A DNA stretch of 55,043 bases. It comes from Candidatus Xenobia bacterium. Its GTDB lineage: Bacteria > Vulcanimicrobiota > Xenobia > Xenobiales > QWHO01. The position numbers and the translations under genes were made by a program. The notes beneath the pieces are model-generated. The model had not been told where the DNA came from. It was given only the letters and a program-made list of their open reading frames with translations, and ran no database searches. The stretch is taken from the NCBI GenBank assembly GCA_045863235.1, contig BTUM01000053.1:1-55043 (forward strand), read 5' to 3'. Positions 46,049 to 55,043 of this stretch are shown here, in pieces; position 1 is the first letter of the stretch, and each line of letters begins with the position of its first letter.

Positions 46049-46303
46049 CGGCCGGCGGGGAGAAGGCTCCTCGGGGAAAACGTCACTGAGGTGGTTGGCC
46101 CAGGTGCGCTAGAATGAAGTCACGGTTCCCCGAACCCGCACGAATCGCAAGAAACGTCGCTCTTACCCGGGGAGCCTACATGGGGGCTCACGAATGAAGC
46201 CCCGTCGTGTTCTCAGTGCTTGCCGAGAGGCGTTTTGAGCACCGCGTGATCACCGTACCCGAGCTTACCTGAACGGGAGTCGGGGCACCGAGGCCCGAAG
46301 ATT

Positions 46304-46516
46304 GTGAATATGAAGGCGCACGAAGAGCTTGGCATGACCCTGGAGCAGTTCGAGTTGTTCCAAGCTTTGACACAGGGCTTTCCCCATCAGAACGAGGATG
46401 GAGTGGACCTTTCCCTCCTCCGGCAGAACCTCGCCATGACGCCTGGCGAACGTTTGGAAAAGCTTCAGGCCGGGGCAAGGTTCCTGCTCGAGATCGAGCG
46501 TGCCAGAACCGCCTGA
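46304..46516 (+). CDS. Small partner protein of the nucleotidyltransferase (putative antitoxin-like)
   Basis: GVDLSLLRQNLAMTPGERL motif; overlaps the next gene; start may be 46310 or 46334. Confidence 0.6.
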   Translation: MNMKAHEELGMTLEQFELFQALTQGFPHQNEDGVDLSLLRQNLAMTPGERLEKLQAGARFLLEIERARTA

Positions 46517-46994
46517 GTTTCGCAGGATCCTCGAAGTTCTGGTTGGGAATTCCGTCGACGTAGTCGTGATCGGTGGGGTCGCGATGGCCTTGCACGGGTC
46601 GGCGCACCTTACTCGCGACATCGACTTCGTCTACGCGCGAGACCGGTCGAATCTGGAAGCATTGGTCACTTCACTGGCCCCTTTTCATCCGGTACTCCGC
46701 GGAGCACCAGCGGAATTGCCCTTTCGTTGGGATAGCCGAACCCTTGAGCTGGGGCTCAACTTCACCCTCAGCACGGACTTGGGAGATCTCGATCTACTCG
46801 GACGGGCACCGGGCGCGCCTCCGTACGCCGAGCTTCGGGAACGAGCCGAGGTTATGAACGTTAACGGGTTGGCAGTCCCGGTCGCGTCGCTGGATGATCT
46901 TCTGTCCATGAAACGCGCGGCCAACCGCCCGAAAGACCGAGATCACGTGCGCGAACTCGAAGCCTTACGCAAGTTGAAGTTCCCCGAGCCATGA
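46500..46994 (+). CDS. Minimal nucleotidyltransferase-fold protein (DUF6036/AbiEii-like)
   Basis: VIGGVAMALHG...TRDIDF, DLDLL, LLSMKRAANRPKD. Confidence 0.8.
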   Translation: MPEPPEFRRILEVLVGNSVDVVVIGGVAMALHGSAHLTRDIDFVYARDRSNLEALVTSLAPFHPVLRGAPAELPFRWDSRTLELGLNFTLSTDLGDLDLLGRAPGAPPYAELRERAEVMNVNGLAVPVASLDDLLSMKRAANRPKDRDHVRELEALRKLKFPEP

Positions 46995-47470
46995 CCAGGC
47001 GCACTTATGGCGCTTTGGTGATACTCACGGCTATAACTATGCTTGTCGTCGGCTGTGCAAAGTCGGAACCCAGCGAAGATGAGCTCGCAGAACAGACGAT
47101 GCGCGATATTGCCGAATCGCATATCCAGGGGAACGTCCCTGCTGACAAGGACTTTCGCGCCTTCTTGGAGCGCGATCTGGCCGCCTATTTCGGGCACCGA
47201 GCGGGCAAGCAAGTGACGGTGGATTACGAGATGCTGCGCGACGGACCGACCCAAACTGGGATTGGCTACCCCAAGTTCTTCGCCTGGGTCAGTGTTCGAG
47301 AAGCTGACAGGGTCTTGGAGGAAGGGGCGGTAGTCCTGGCGGCTGTGGACAAAGAGTCGTTCTCCGTTAACGACTACCACGAGGCAAGCTCCATAAAGCA
47401 GGCACCGCTGACGGTCCGGGACAGCTTCCCTCCTCCGGTGGCCGAAGCGATTTTGAGTAGGGTGAAGTGA
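46991..47470 (+). CDS. Putative lipoprotein
   Basis: Lipobox LVVGC after a hydrophobic signal. Confidence 0.7.
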   Translation: MTRRTYGALVILTAITMLVVGCAKSEPSEDELAEQTMRDIAESHIQGNVPADKDFRAFLERDLAAYFGHRAGKQVTVDYEMLRDGPTQTGIGYPKFFAWVSVREADRVLEEGAVVLAAVDKESFSVNDYHEASSIKQAPLTVRDSFPPPVAEAILSRVK

Positions 47471-47710
47471 ATTCCGGCCCGACCGGGCAGATACCTACGA
47501 CACCAGCCGGAGGATGGCGTGAAGATCGAGTTCATCGGCGAGCCGGACCGTGAAAGGTCGGATTGAGGACTCGTACGGAGGGAAGGTCCATTCCGAATGA
47601 AAGCCCTTGAGGGCTCGGTTATCGAGTGGCAGAGTGCCCAAGAAGGGACGCGAACTTCTCGGCGGGTAGATGCCAAGGGTACGCTCCTCCCGGGCACGAA
47701 CTCATTGACG

Positions 47711-48316
47711 ATGCTGGAGTTCACCTCGGAGCAACGCGTAGTCCTGGACCCATGTAGTTGGGAGACGTATGAGCGCATTCTGGCCGAGCATGCTGACCGG
47801 AGCGTTCCGCGATTTACTTACTGCGATGGAGTTCTGGAAATCATGAGCCCTTCTCCCGAGCATGAAGAGATGAATGAGGGGGTCAAGCAGATCATCTGGG
47901 TGCTTTGCGAGGAACTCGACCTGGAGGTCCGTCCACTAGGCTCCACCACGCAGCGTCGGAAGACCTTGGCAAGGGGCGTCGAGCCAGACTCTTCTTATTT
48001 CTTTGGCAACACGGAGCGGGAGCCACTTGATTGCCCCCCGGACCTGATGGTCGAGGTCGAGATCAGCCGTTCCGCCCTTGACAAGATACCCATTCTTGCC
48101 GGGCTGGGCGTGCCCGAGCTCTGGCGGTGTGGGCCGGAGGGGAGCCAGATATTTCATTTGCGCGGCCAAACCTATGAAGCGGCAGAACGCAGCGCTTTTG
48201 TGCCTCTGACGGCCGGCGACCTCACCCATCTCCTGGCTCGCAGAGGACAGTTGAAGCAGAATGTCTGGCTGAAGGAGCTGCGGGCTTGGGCTCGAGCCAG
48301 ACAGCCGCACTCCTGA
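47711..48316 (+). CDS. Uma2 family (PD-(D/E)XK) endonuclease
   Basis: SWETYE, LEIMSPSPEHE, GVEPDSSY, PDLMVEVEIS, LGVPELWR. Confidence 0.88.
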   Translation: MLEFTSEQRVVLDPCSWETYERILAEHADRSVPRFTYCDGVLEIMSPSPEHEEMNEGVKQIIWVLCEELDLEVRPLGSTTQRRKTLARGVEPDSSYFFGNTEREPLDCPPDLMVEVEISRSALDKIPILAGLGVPELWRCGPEGSQIFHLRGQTYEAAERSAFVPLTAGDLTHLLARRGQLKQNVWLKELRAWARARQPHS

Positions 48317-48391
48317 CTTCAGTGTGACCAACGCTCTCACGCAGGATGCTGCTGCGTCGCGGCTCCGGGCATCCTCACGGGGCTCAATTGA

Positions 48392-48802
48392 TCACCGCTT
48401 GACCACCATCCTGGAGAATTGAGCGCTTACTGCCCCCAGAACCGCGCCTGCGGCCCACGGCACCAGACACGAGCGAGCAGCGGCATCCATAGCGCGGTTT
48501 CCACAGCCCCCACCTCCGGCCAGGCCAAATCCTACGTGACTCAAGAGAGGAAGCCCGATTGCCGAGCCGCCGAGAGCCAGGCCCCAGGATATCCCGAGTC
48601 CCAGGCTTCCTCGACCTCCGACCCATCGTGTCAGACAGTAGCCACTTATGACTGTGGCCGCCAGGAAGAGAGTCCCTCCGGCCCAGGGATTCTGCTGGCG
48701 GGTCAATCCAGCCATCAGCAAGCCTATCGGGTAAAAGACGAATGGCCAGAGCATTCCAAACGTCACAGGGCCGGCGATCATCCCGGCAAGAAAACGTGCC
48801 AT
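48392..48802 (-). CDS. Hypothetical membrane protein
   Basis: Four hydrophobic segments. Confidence 0.55.
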   Translation of the reverse strand: MARFLAGMIAGPVTFGMLWPFVFYPIGLLMAGLTRQQNPWAGGTLFLAATVISGYCLTRWVGGRGSLGLGISWGLALGGSAIGLPLLSHVGFGLAGGGGCGNRAMDAAARSCLVPWAAGAVLGAVSAQFSRMVVKR

Positions 48803-49109
48803 GCTTTCCCTACGCAGATGGCAACCCGAGAGTTCAACGCTCTTCCAGGTTCATCAAGCTCGTACCCTGGGAACCTCCACGGGGCCTCTGGAGAGAGGCC
48901 CTGCCGGGTGACGTGCGCACTTTGCTGGGGAAGAGCCCTGGATTCCTAATCCGGTCGAGACAGGCTTCCTCGGTCAAGAGTAGTCCGAACACGGACTCCT
49001 TCGAAGGCAGCCCCGAGCGAGAGCACCACGACAAGGTCCTCAGCCAGACCTGCGGGCTGCGAATGCGGCAGAGGAACGCGGGGACCCGGAGCAGAATCCG
49101 CCGGACGCT

Positions 49110-49571
49110 ATGAAAAACTTCCTTTTCTGCTCGCTCCTCGTGCTGGCGACCACCCTGGTGGCGCTGGCCGCTTCTTTGATCGTGCCCGGGAAGGGCATTC
49201 CCGAGGCCTCGCTGGGCGCCACCCGGGCCCAGGTGGAGGCCAAGCTCGGTCCCCCGCAAGACCTGGACCGCAACGAGTTTCGTCCCAGCGACGTCTACGC
49301 GCTCTACTATTCTCGCGGCATCGAGCTGGTCTACACCAACGACCGCGTCTCCATGATCACCCTGCACCCAGCTGACAAGCAGTGGAAACCCTACGCCGGC
49401 GCCACCCGCGAGGGCCTGTCGGTGCTCAGCAAGCCGGCTGACGTGCCCAAGATGATGGGTCAGCCCAGCGCCGCTCGGGACGGGGTGCTCAACTACGCCA
49501 AGCTCGGCCTGGTGGTGCAGATCAAGAACAATCGCATCGATTCCCTGATCCTGCGTCCGCCCGGAGCCTGA
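49110..49571 (+). CDS. Exported hypothetical protein
   Basis: Signal peptide; IVPGKGI..LGATRAQVEAKLG; internal duplication. Confidence 0.75.
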   Translation: MKNFLFCSLLVLATTLVALAASLIVPGKGIPEASLGATRAQVEAKLGPPQDLDRNEFRPSDVYALYYSRGIELVYTNDRVSMITLHPADKQWKPYAGATREGLSVLSKPADVPKMMGQPSAARDGVLNYAKLGLVVQIKNNRIDSLILRPPGA

Positions 49572-49574
49572 AGC

Positions 49575-50294
49575 TTGCGTCCGGAACTGGCCGAGGCTGC
49601 CCGCATCCTGGGCCGGGCCAGGCGCATCGCCGTGCTCACCGGGGCCGGTGTGTCGGCCGAGAGTGGCGTACCCACCTTCCGGGGCGAGCAAGGCCTCTGG
49701 AAGAGCTATCGCCCAGAGCAACTGGCCAATCCGTTGGCCTTTTCGGGCAATCCCGAGCTGGTCTGGGAGTGGTATCGCTGGCGCCAGGGCATCGTCCAGG
49801 AGTGCGAGCCCAATCCGGCTCATCACGCCCTGGCCCAGCTCGAAGGCACCGGAAGAAGCGTCACCCTGATCACCCAGAACGTGGACGGGCTGCACCGCCG
49901 GGCCGGCAGCGAGAACGTGCTCGAGCTGCACGGCAACATCTTCCGCACCCGGTGCACCCGCGAGGGGGGCGTGCGACAGTTCGAAGGCAAGCTCAAGTGC
50001 GAGTGCGGCGCCTGGCTGCGCCCCCACATCGTCTGGTTCGGGGAGCAACTCGACCCGGTCATCCTGGAAGGCGCCTTCTCGGCGGCCCGGCGAGCGGAGG
50101 TTTTCCTCTCCGTGGGGACCTCCTCGCTGGTCGCCCCCGCCAACATGCTGGCCGGGATGGCCGCTCAGGCCGGAGCCACGGTGATCGAGGTGAACGTCGA
50201 GCCCACGCCCCTCACCGTTGACGCCGACTTCTTCCTCCAGGGACCCGCGGGGGAGGTGCTGCCGAGACTCTTGGCAAAAGAGCCGCCACCATGA
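49575..50294 (+). CDS. cobB: NAD-dependent protein deacylase (class III sirtuin)
   Basis: GAGVSAESGVPTFR, WYRWR (YxxR), TQNVDGLH, ELHG, RPHIVWFGE, GTS. Confidence 0.93.
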   Translation: MRPELAEAARILGRARRIAVLTGAGVSAESGVPTFRGEQGLWKSYRPEQLANPLAFSGNPELVWEWYRWRQGIVQECEPNPAHHALAQLEGTGRSVTLITQNVDGLHRRAGSENVLELHGNIFRTRCTREGGVRQFEGKLKCECGAWLRPHIVWFGEQLDPVILEGAFSAARRAEVFLSVGTSSLVAPANMLAGMAAQAGATVIEVNVEPTPLTVDADFFLQGPAGEVLPRLLAKEPPP

Positions 50295-51655
50295 TGACAG
50301 AACCCCTGCGCGTGGCCATTGTCGGCTCGGGTCCCACCGGATTCTACACCGCCGAGTGGCTCCAAAAAGAGTTGCAGTCTAACGTTCGGATCGACATGTT
50401 CGATCGTCTGCCTACCCCCTACGGGTTGGTGCGGGGGGGGGTGGCGCCCGACCACCAGAAGATCAAGTCGGTCACGGCCATCTACGACAAGATCGCCGCC
50501 CAGCCGGGTTTCCGCTACTTCGGCAATGTGGAGTACGGGCGCGACGTCACGCTGGAAGACCTGCTCGCTCACTATCACCAGGTGGTGTTCTGCACCGGAG
50601 CTCAGTCCGACCGCTCGATGGGAATTCCCGGAGAGGACCTGGAGGGAAGCTACGCCGCCACCGACTTCGTGGGCTGGTACAACGCTCATCCCGACTATCG
50701 CCAGCACTCCTTCCGACTGGAGGCCGAGAGAGTGGCCGTGATCGGAGTCGGCAACGTGGCCGTCGACGTGGCCCGCATCCTGTGCCGCACTCCTGAGGAG
50801 CTGGCCGCCACAGACATCGCCGAGCACGCCCTGGAAGCTCTCAAGCAGAGCGGGGTCAAAGAGGTCATCATGCTGGGCCGGCGTGGGCCGGCCCAGGCCG
50901 CCTTCACTCTGGTCGAGGTGCGCGAGCTGGGCGAGATGAGTGGGGCTGACGTCTCGGTGCCGCCAGCCGACGTGGAGCTCGACCCCGCCAGCCTGGCCGA
51001 GGTGGAAGCCGACAAGATGACCGCCAAGAAGGTCGAGGTGCTGCGCGAGTTCTCCCAGCGCGCTCCGGGGGGCAAGCCCCGTCATTTGAGCATTCGTTTT
51101 CTCCAGTCGCCGGTCGAGGTGGTGGGGGATGAGCAGGGGCGGGTCAAGGCCCTCAAGCTGGTGCGCAACCGGCTCGTCGAAAAGGACGGCAAGGTGATCT
51201 GCCAGGCCACCGACCAGGTGGAGGAGCTGCCGGTGCAGATGGTGTTCCGCTCGGTGGGCTACCTGGGCGTGGCTCTGCCCGGTCTGCCCTTCGACGCTCG
51301 CTCGGGCACGGTGCCCAGCGAAGGGGGACGGGTGGCCGGCCTGACCGGCGTCTACGTGGCCGGCTGGATCAAGCGCGGACCCAGCGGCGTGATCGGCACC
51401 AACAAGCCCTGCGGCAAAGAGACCGTGGAGAAGATGAGAGAAGATCGCGAAGCGGGCAAGATGAGCGCCCCCAGCAGCGAGGACATGGCTGAGTTTCTGG
51501 CCCGCAAAGGGGTACGGGTGGTGAGCTATCCGGACTGGCAGCGCCTTGACCAGCTCGAGGTCACGCGCGGACAGGCTCTGGGCCGGCCGCGCCTGAAATA
51601 TTCTCGCATCGAGGAGATGCTGGGCGCTCTGGATGCGGAGGTCTCCCCGGCATGA
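50291..51655 (+). CDS. Ferredoxin--NADP+ reductase (adrenodoxin reductase/FprA family)
   Basis: VGSGPTGFY, PYGLVRGGVAPDH, GVGNVAVDVAR, GWIKRGPSGVIGTN. Confidence 0.92.
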   Translation: MMTEPLRVAIVGSGPTGFYTAEWLQKELQSNVRIDMFDRLPTPYGLVRGGVAPDHQKIKSVTAIYDKIAAQPGFRYFGNVEYGRDVTLEDLLAHYHQVVFCTGAQSDRSMGIPGEDLEGSYAATDFVGWYNAHPDYRQHSFRLEAERVAVIGVGNVAVDVARILCRTPEELAATDIAEHALEALKQSGVKEVIMLGRRGPAQAAFTLVEVRELGEMSGADVSVPPADVELDPASLAEVEADKMTAKKVEVLREFSQRAPGGKPRHLSIRFLQSPVEVVGDEQGRVKALKLVRNRLVEKDGKVICQATDQVEELPVQMVFRSVGYLGVALPGLPFDARSGTVPSEGGRVAGLTGVYVAGWIKRGPSGVIGTNKPCGKETVEKMREDREAGKMSAPSSEDMAEFLARKGVRVVSYPDWQRLDQLEVTRGQALGRPRLKYSRIEEMLGALDAEVSPA

Positions 51656-52590
51656 AGGTCACCATCGTGGGCGGCGGCGGCCGCGTTGGCTCCAACACGG
51701 CGTTCGTGCTGCAGACCTGGGGAGTTGCCTCGGACCTGGCCCTGATCGATGTCTCGGCCGAGGGGGCCGCCGGCGAGGCCCTGGACCTTCTGCACGGAGC
51801 CTCTTTCACCGCTCCCCAGCGCTGGAAGTCGAGCAGCGAGTATGACGTGGCCGAAGGCTCGGACGTGGTGGTCATCACCGCAGGCCTTCGCCGCAAGCCG
51901 GATGAGACTCGGCTCGACCTGATCAACCGCAATGCCAGGCTCTTCCTGGACATCCTGGAGAGCCTGCGCAAGATCCCCCTGCCGGCCCACTGCTCGCTGG
52001 TGGTGGTCACCAATCCGGTGGACATTCTGACCCAGATCGCCTACGAGCGCTCGGGATTTCCGCCCCAGCGCGTCATCGGCCTGGGCACGGTGCTCGACAC
52101 TTTGCGCTTTCGCTCACTTCTGGCCGACCACTTCCAGGTGGACGCGCGCCAACTGGGGGCTCTGATTCTGGGTGAGCACGGCGACTCGATGGTCCCCATC
52201 TGGTCCACTGCCAACGTCAACGGGGTGCCCCTGCCCAGCCTGCCCGGCTATGACCAGGCGAAGGTGCAGGCCATCTTCGAGCGGGCTTCCAAGAGCGGAG
52301 CCGAGGTCATCAAGCTCAAGGGCGGGGCCGGCTATGCCGTGGGGGTGGCCATTGCCGAGGTGATCCGGGCCATCGCGAGCGACTCCAAGAGCATTCTGCC
52401 CATCTCCACCATGCAGACCGGCCTCTACCGTCTGAAGGGCGTCTGCCTTTCGGTGCCTACCGTGGTGGGCCGGGGCGGAGCCGAGAAGCAACTCGAGATG
52501 GAGCTGTGGCCCAAGGAGCTGTCCGGCCTGCGCCGCTCGGCTGACGCCCTGCGGGAGATCTGGGACAAGGTCAAGCTCTCTGGTGGCTGA
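51652..52590 (+). CDS. LDH/MDH superfamily dehydrogenase
   Basis: VGGGGRVG, TAGLRRKPDETRLDL, VVTNPVD, GTVLDTLRF, GEHGDS. Confidence 0.92.
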   Translation: MKVTIVGGGGRVGSNTAFVLQTWGVASDLALIDVSAEGAAGEALDLLHGASFTAPQRWKSSSEYDVAEGSDVVVITAGLRRKPDETRLDLINRNARLFLDILESLRKIPLPAHCSLVVVTNPVDILTQIAYERSGFPPQRVIGLGTVLDTLRFRSLLADHFQVDARQLGALILGEHGDSMVPIWSTANVNGVPLPSLPGYDQAKVQAIFERASKSGAEVIKLKGGAGYAVGVAIAEVIRAIASDSKSILPISTMQTGLYRLKGVCLSVPTVVGRGGAEKQLEMELWPKELSGLRRSADALREIWDKVKLSGG

Positions 52591-52673
52591 GCTGCCGTTG
52601 GTTCAAACGCCGTCGATCAGAGACCGACTTCGGGCTCACAGCGCTCGTCGGTACAATCGGTCATTGCCTTAAG

Positions 52674-53654
52674 CTAGCCTTTCTTGGCCCGCGCCGGAGT
52701 CTTCCGGGCGCTGTCCACTGCCAGCGTCATCAACGCGACCATGTGGTGCATCAGGGCGTTTACGTGGATGGCTGTGATCATCGTTGGATCAAGATGCGGC
52801 ACGAAGCAGACAATGTCCCCGCCCACCATTTCCAACCCCTTGAGGCCCAGCAGGATCTGCATGGTCTCGTTCACGCTCAGGCCGCCGGCCTCCGGGTCGG
52901 CTACGGCAGGGGCGTCGGCCAGCGTCAGGACGTCCAGGTCGAAGCTGAGATAGAACGGGTCGTCGCCCAGGACCCGCTTGATTTCCTTGATGGTGGCGGG
53001 AATGCCGATCTCCAGAATCTCGCTGAGCGGCATCATCCGAAAACCTGCCTGCTCGGAGAAGGCGTCCATGTCGACCGAGAGGCATGGTCCATTCAAACCC
53101 ACTTGCAGAGTGCGCTTGGGGTCGATCAGGCCTTCTTCCATGGCGATACGGGCCCAGTTGCCGGCATGGCAATGAAGTTCCAGAGCATCCCCATACGTGT
53201 CGGTGTGGGAATCGAAGTGGAGAACGCCCAGTGGGGCCTTGCGCCGGGATTTCGGCCCTGCGATGGCCCGCAATACTGGCAGCGTGCAGCCGTGATCGCC
53301 ACCGATGGTGAAGGGTCGCGCGCCCCTGGCATCCAGCTCGTGGTAGAAGTGTTCGATCTCCAGCACCGCGTTGTCGCAGATGCCGCTGTTGATCGGCACG
53401 TCGCCGAAGTCTCGAATGCGCGCGACGTCGGCCAGACTGATGCCGAATTCGCGATGCATCCGCCGATACGGTTTGGACCGGTGCCGGACCGCGCGCGGCG
53501 CCAGGTGCTGGGTTCGCTCCATCGGATTGTGGGCCCACGGAAGCCCCACCAGAGCGATGTCGGCCTCGTCCCCAGGGGCGGCCAGAGGACAGCCCAGAAA
53601 CGTCGGGATCCCCTCCCAATACAGCAAGCTCCCCACGGCGTTGTCAAGATTCAT
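52674..53654 (-). CDS. Ureohydrolase (agmatinase/guanidinobutyrase family)
   Basis: GGDHG, HFDSHTD, SFDLDVL, PEAGGL; start ATG 53654. Confidence 0.88.
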   Translation of the reverse strand: MNLDNAVGSLLYWEGIPTFLGCPLAAPGDEADIALVGLPWAHNPMERTQHLAPRAVRHRSKPYRRMHREFGISLADVARIRDFGDVPINSGICDNAVLEIEHFYHELDARGARPFTIGGDHGCTLPVLRAIAGPKSRRKAPLGVLHFDSHTDTYGDALELHCHAGNWARIAMEEGLIDPKRTLQVGLNGPCLSVDMDAFSEQAGFRMMPLSEILEIGIPATIKEIKRVLGDDPFYLSFDLDVLTLADAPAVADPEAGGLSVNETMQILLGLKGLEMVGGDIVCFVPHLDPTMITAIHVNALMHHMVALMTLAVDSARKTPARAKKG

Positions 53655-53831
53655 AGCGCACCTCCAGGGCGGCTTTCCTTCGGGAGGCATAAATAGGGAC
53701 CTCCACAGCCTGGACCTCGTCGCATTTCACGGGGAACGTTCGCGAACCAGGAGCTCGAAGCTCGACGGGTGTGATCCAGGCCACAGTCAAACGGCCAGGT
53801 GATGCGGTAAAATCGGGGTGGAGGTGACCAT

Positions 53832-54215
53832 ATGCCCGTCCTGATTCACGATAGAGCGCGAACCTATCATCCCGTCGGTCGCGTTGAAGATAATGGAGTC
53901 CTGTATGTCGGCCTGCGTGGCCACAAGCCGATCGGTCGATTCGATCGCGACGGCCTGGTGCACGATACCGCCACTGGTTGGCACCCGATCGGCCGCGTGC
54001 AGGCTGACGGCCTGGTGCACTCGTGCCCCTTCTCCTACAGCCCGGTGGGCCACGTCGAGAAGGGGGGCATCGTGCACGACCGCCCGTTCAGCCGCCACGC
54101 CATCGGCCACGTGGAGGCCGAGGATCCTCAGATTCTCGAGTATTCCGAACTGGCCGGGGCAGCCTTCTTGCTGCTCTTGTGTCGCCATCGCGTGGTGGTG
54201 AGTGCGGCCGTGTAG
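53832..54215 (+). CDS. Beta-flower-like repeat protein
   Basis: Five (P/A)(I/V)G(R/H) repeats of about 19 aa with DGLVH-type turns; C-terminal AGAAFLLLL; SD GGAGG. Confidence 0.7.
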   Translation: MPVLIHDRARTYHPVGRVEDNGVLYVGLRGHKPIGRFDRDGLVHDTATGWHPIGRVQADGLVHSCPFSYSPVGHVEKGGIVHDRPFSRHAIGHVEAEDPQILEYSELAGAAFLLLLCRHRVVVSAAV

Positions 54216-54254
54216 GGCTTGCTCCTGGGGCCCTGGAGAGGGTAGCATGGCCTG

Positions 54255-54512
54255 GTGGGTGACCTCAAAGACCCCCGGTTGATGTACCTTAAAGCCTTCT
54301 TGTTCCTGGTGGCCGGCACCGTTTCGGTGGCGGCCCTGTTTCTGAGGAGCCCCACCCTGGAGACCGCTTTCCTGCTGGGGGTGGCGGTCTGGTCGTTTTG
54401 TCGCCTCTACTACTTCATGTTCTACGTGATCGAGAAGTACGTGGACAGTCAGTACCGTTTCGACGGCATCCCCTCTTTCTTGCTCTACCTCATTCGCAGG
54501 CGCCGTTCATAA
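54255..54512 (+). CDS. Small hypothetical membrane protein
   Basis: Two TM helices and a distinctive FCRLYYFMFYVIEKYVD segment. Confidence 0.7.
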   Translation: MGDLKDPRLMYLKAFLFLVAGTVSVAALFLRSPTLETAFLLGVAVWSFCRLYYFMFYVIEKYVDSQYRFDGIPSFLLYLIRRRRS

Positions 54513-54601
54513 ACTCGTTACACGTCGGCAACCATTTGCTAAACTGCCTACCTGGACGAGGGGCCCTTTACGGGGGACAATGAGCGAGAAGGAGAGTGCT
54601 C

Positions 54602-55043
54602 ATGTCGCAGATCAACGGGTTCGGTCAGGTCAACAACAACGTTTCGTTCCGCTTCGCGTCGGTGGGCGTGCGGGCCGATCAGGCCCAGGCGGGCGCCTTC
54701 GCCGGTCCGGTGGACGGGAGCCTGGCGGTCCGGGCCTTCATCGAGCAACTGAGTGGCTCGCTCGACCAGTTACACGCCGGCTGGGGAGGGATCGCGGGCG
54801 CGGTTCCCCAGCGTCCCCAGCCCTTCTTCGGGCACCTCCTCCAGGGCCAGCACCCGGGTTACGCCACGACCCAGAAGTATCCCAGCGACGCCGAGGATGG
54901 CGGCGGTGGCGGCGGCGGCGGCATCGTGACCACGCTCAAGTTCCCTTCCGATAGCGAGGACGGCGGAGGGGGCGGCGGCATCGGAACCACCCAGAAGTAT
55001 CCCTCCGACGGCGAGGACGGCGGTGGCGGCGGCGGCATCGGCA
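54602..55043 (+). CDS. Multi-core microviridin-type precursor peptide (partial; runs off the right edge)
   Basis: SD AAGGAG, ATG 54602; manual translation gives ...PQPFFGHLLQGQHPGYATTQKYPSDAED-G8-IVTTLKFPSDSED-G6-IGTTQKYPSDGED-G6-IG...; absent from the ORF track because there is no stop. Confidence 0.9.
   Translation, partial: MSQINGFGQVNNNVSFRFASVGVRADQAQAGAFAGPVDGSLAVRAFIEQLSGSLDQLHAGWGGIAGAVPQRPQPFFGHLLQGQHPGYATTQKYPSDAEDGGGGGGGGIVTTLKFPSDSEDGGGGGGIGTTQKYPSDGEDGGGGGGIG

Noticed and set aside
48803..49109. Possible gene remnant or ncRNA in a 300-nt gap
   Set aside because: No recognisable motif or convincing structure in any frame.
53660..53800. Guanidine riboswitch upstream of the ureohydrolase
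   Set aside because: Some pairing potential, but I could not see the ykkC 3' motif or the twin ACGR hairpins; an Rfam scan would be needed.
54580..54954. ORF-track protein 54580..54954
   Set aside because: Wrong frame; the overlapping frame from ATG 54602 has an SD and encodes microviridin cores.

Overview
High-GC bacterial chromosomal window. Gene style is suggestive of Ca. Eremiobacterota/Vulcanimicrobiota; this is an inference and was not verified. It contains: (1) housekeeping genes (serS, mutY, fhaB-rodA-pbpA, L,D-transpeptidase, sppA, proline dehydrogenase, cobB, ferredoxin-NADP reductase, LDH/MDH-family enzyme, ureohydrolase); (2) dispersed type IV pilus genes (GAF-PilC fusion, minor pilins, PilX-like, PilT plus a degenerate PilT paralogue, PilB); (3) a FecR/FecR/CHASE2-cyclase/cNMP-HD-GYP/PilB/GAF-HD signalling cluster; (4) small accessory islets (frameshifted vapBC, a Big_2 adhesin flanked by direct repeats, a nucleotidyltransferase pair, Uma2). 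The most notable content is two graspetide (microviridin-class RiPP) precursors. The first, at 43283-43990, has non-canonical repeated SxAKHETDRDE cores, PFFxRFL-like recognition motifs on both sides of the cores, and overlaps an MvdD/MdnC-like ATP-grasp ligase. The second, at 54602->55043, is missing from the ORF track and is a canonical multi-core TxK(Y/F)PSD precursor with poly-Gly spacers. Several enzymes appear catalytically degenerate (LexA, PilT2, SF1 helicase-REase, one HD-GYP). No rRNA, tRNA, CRISPR array or transposase was recognised.
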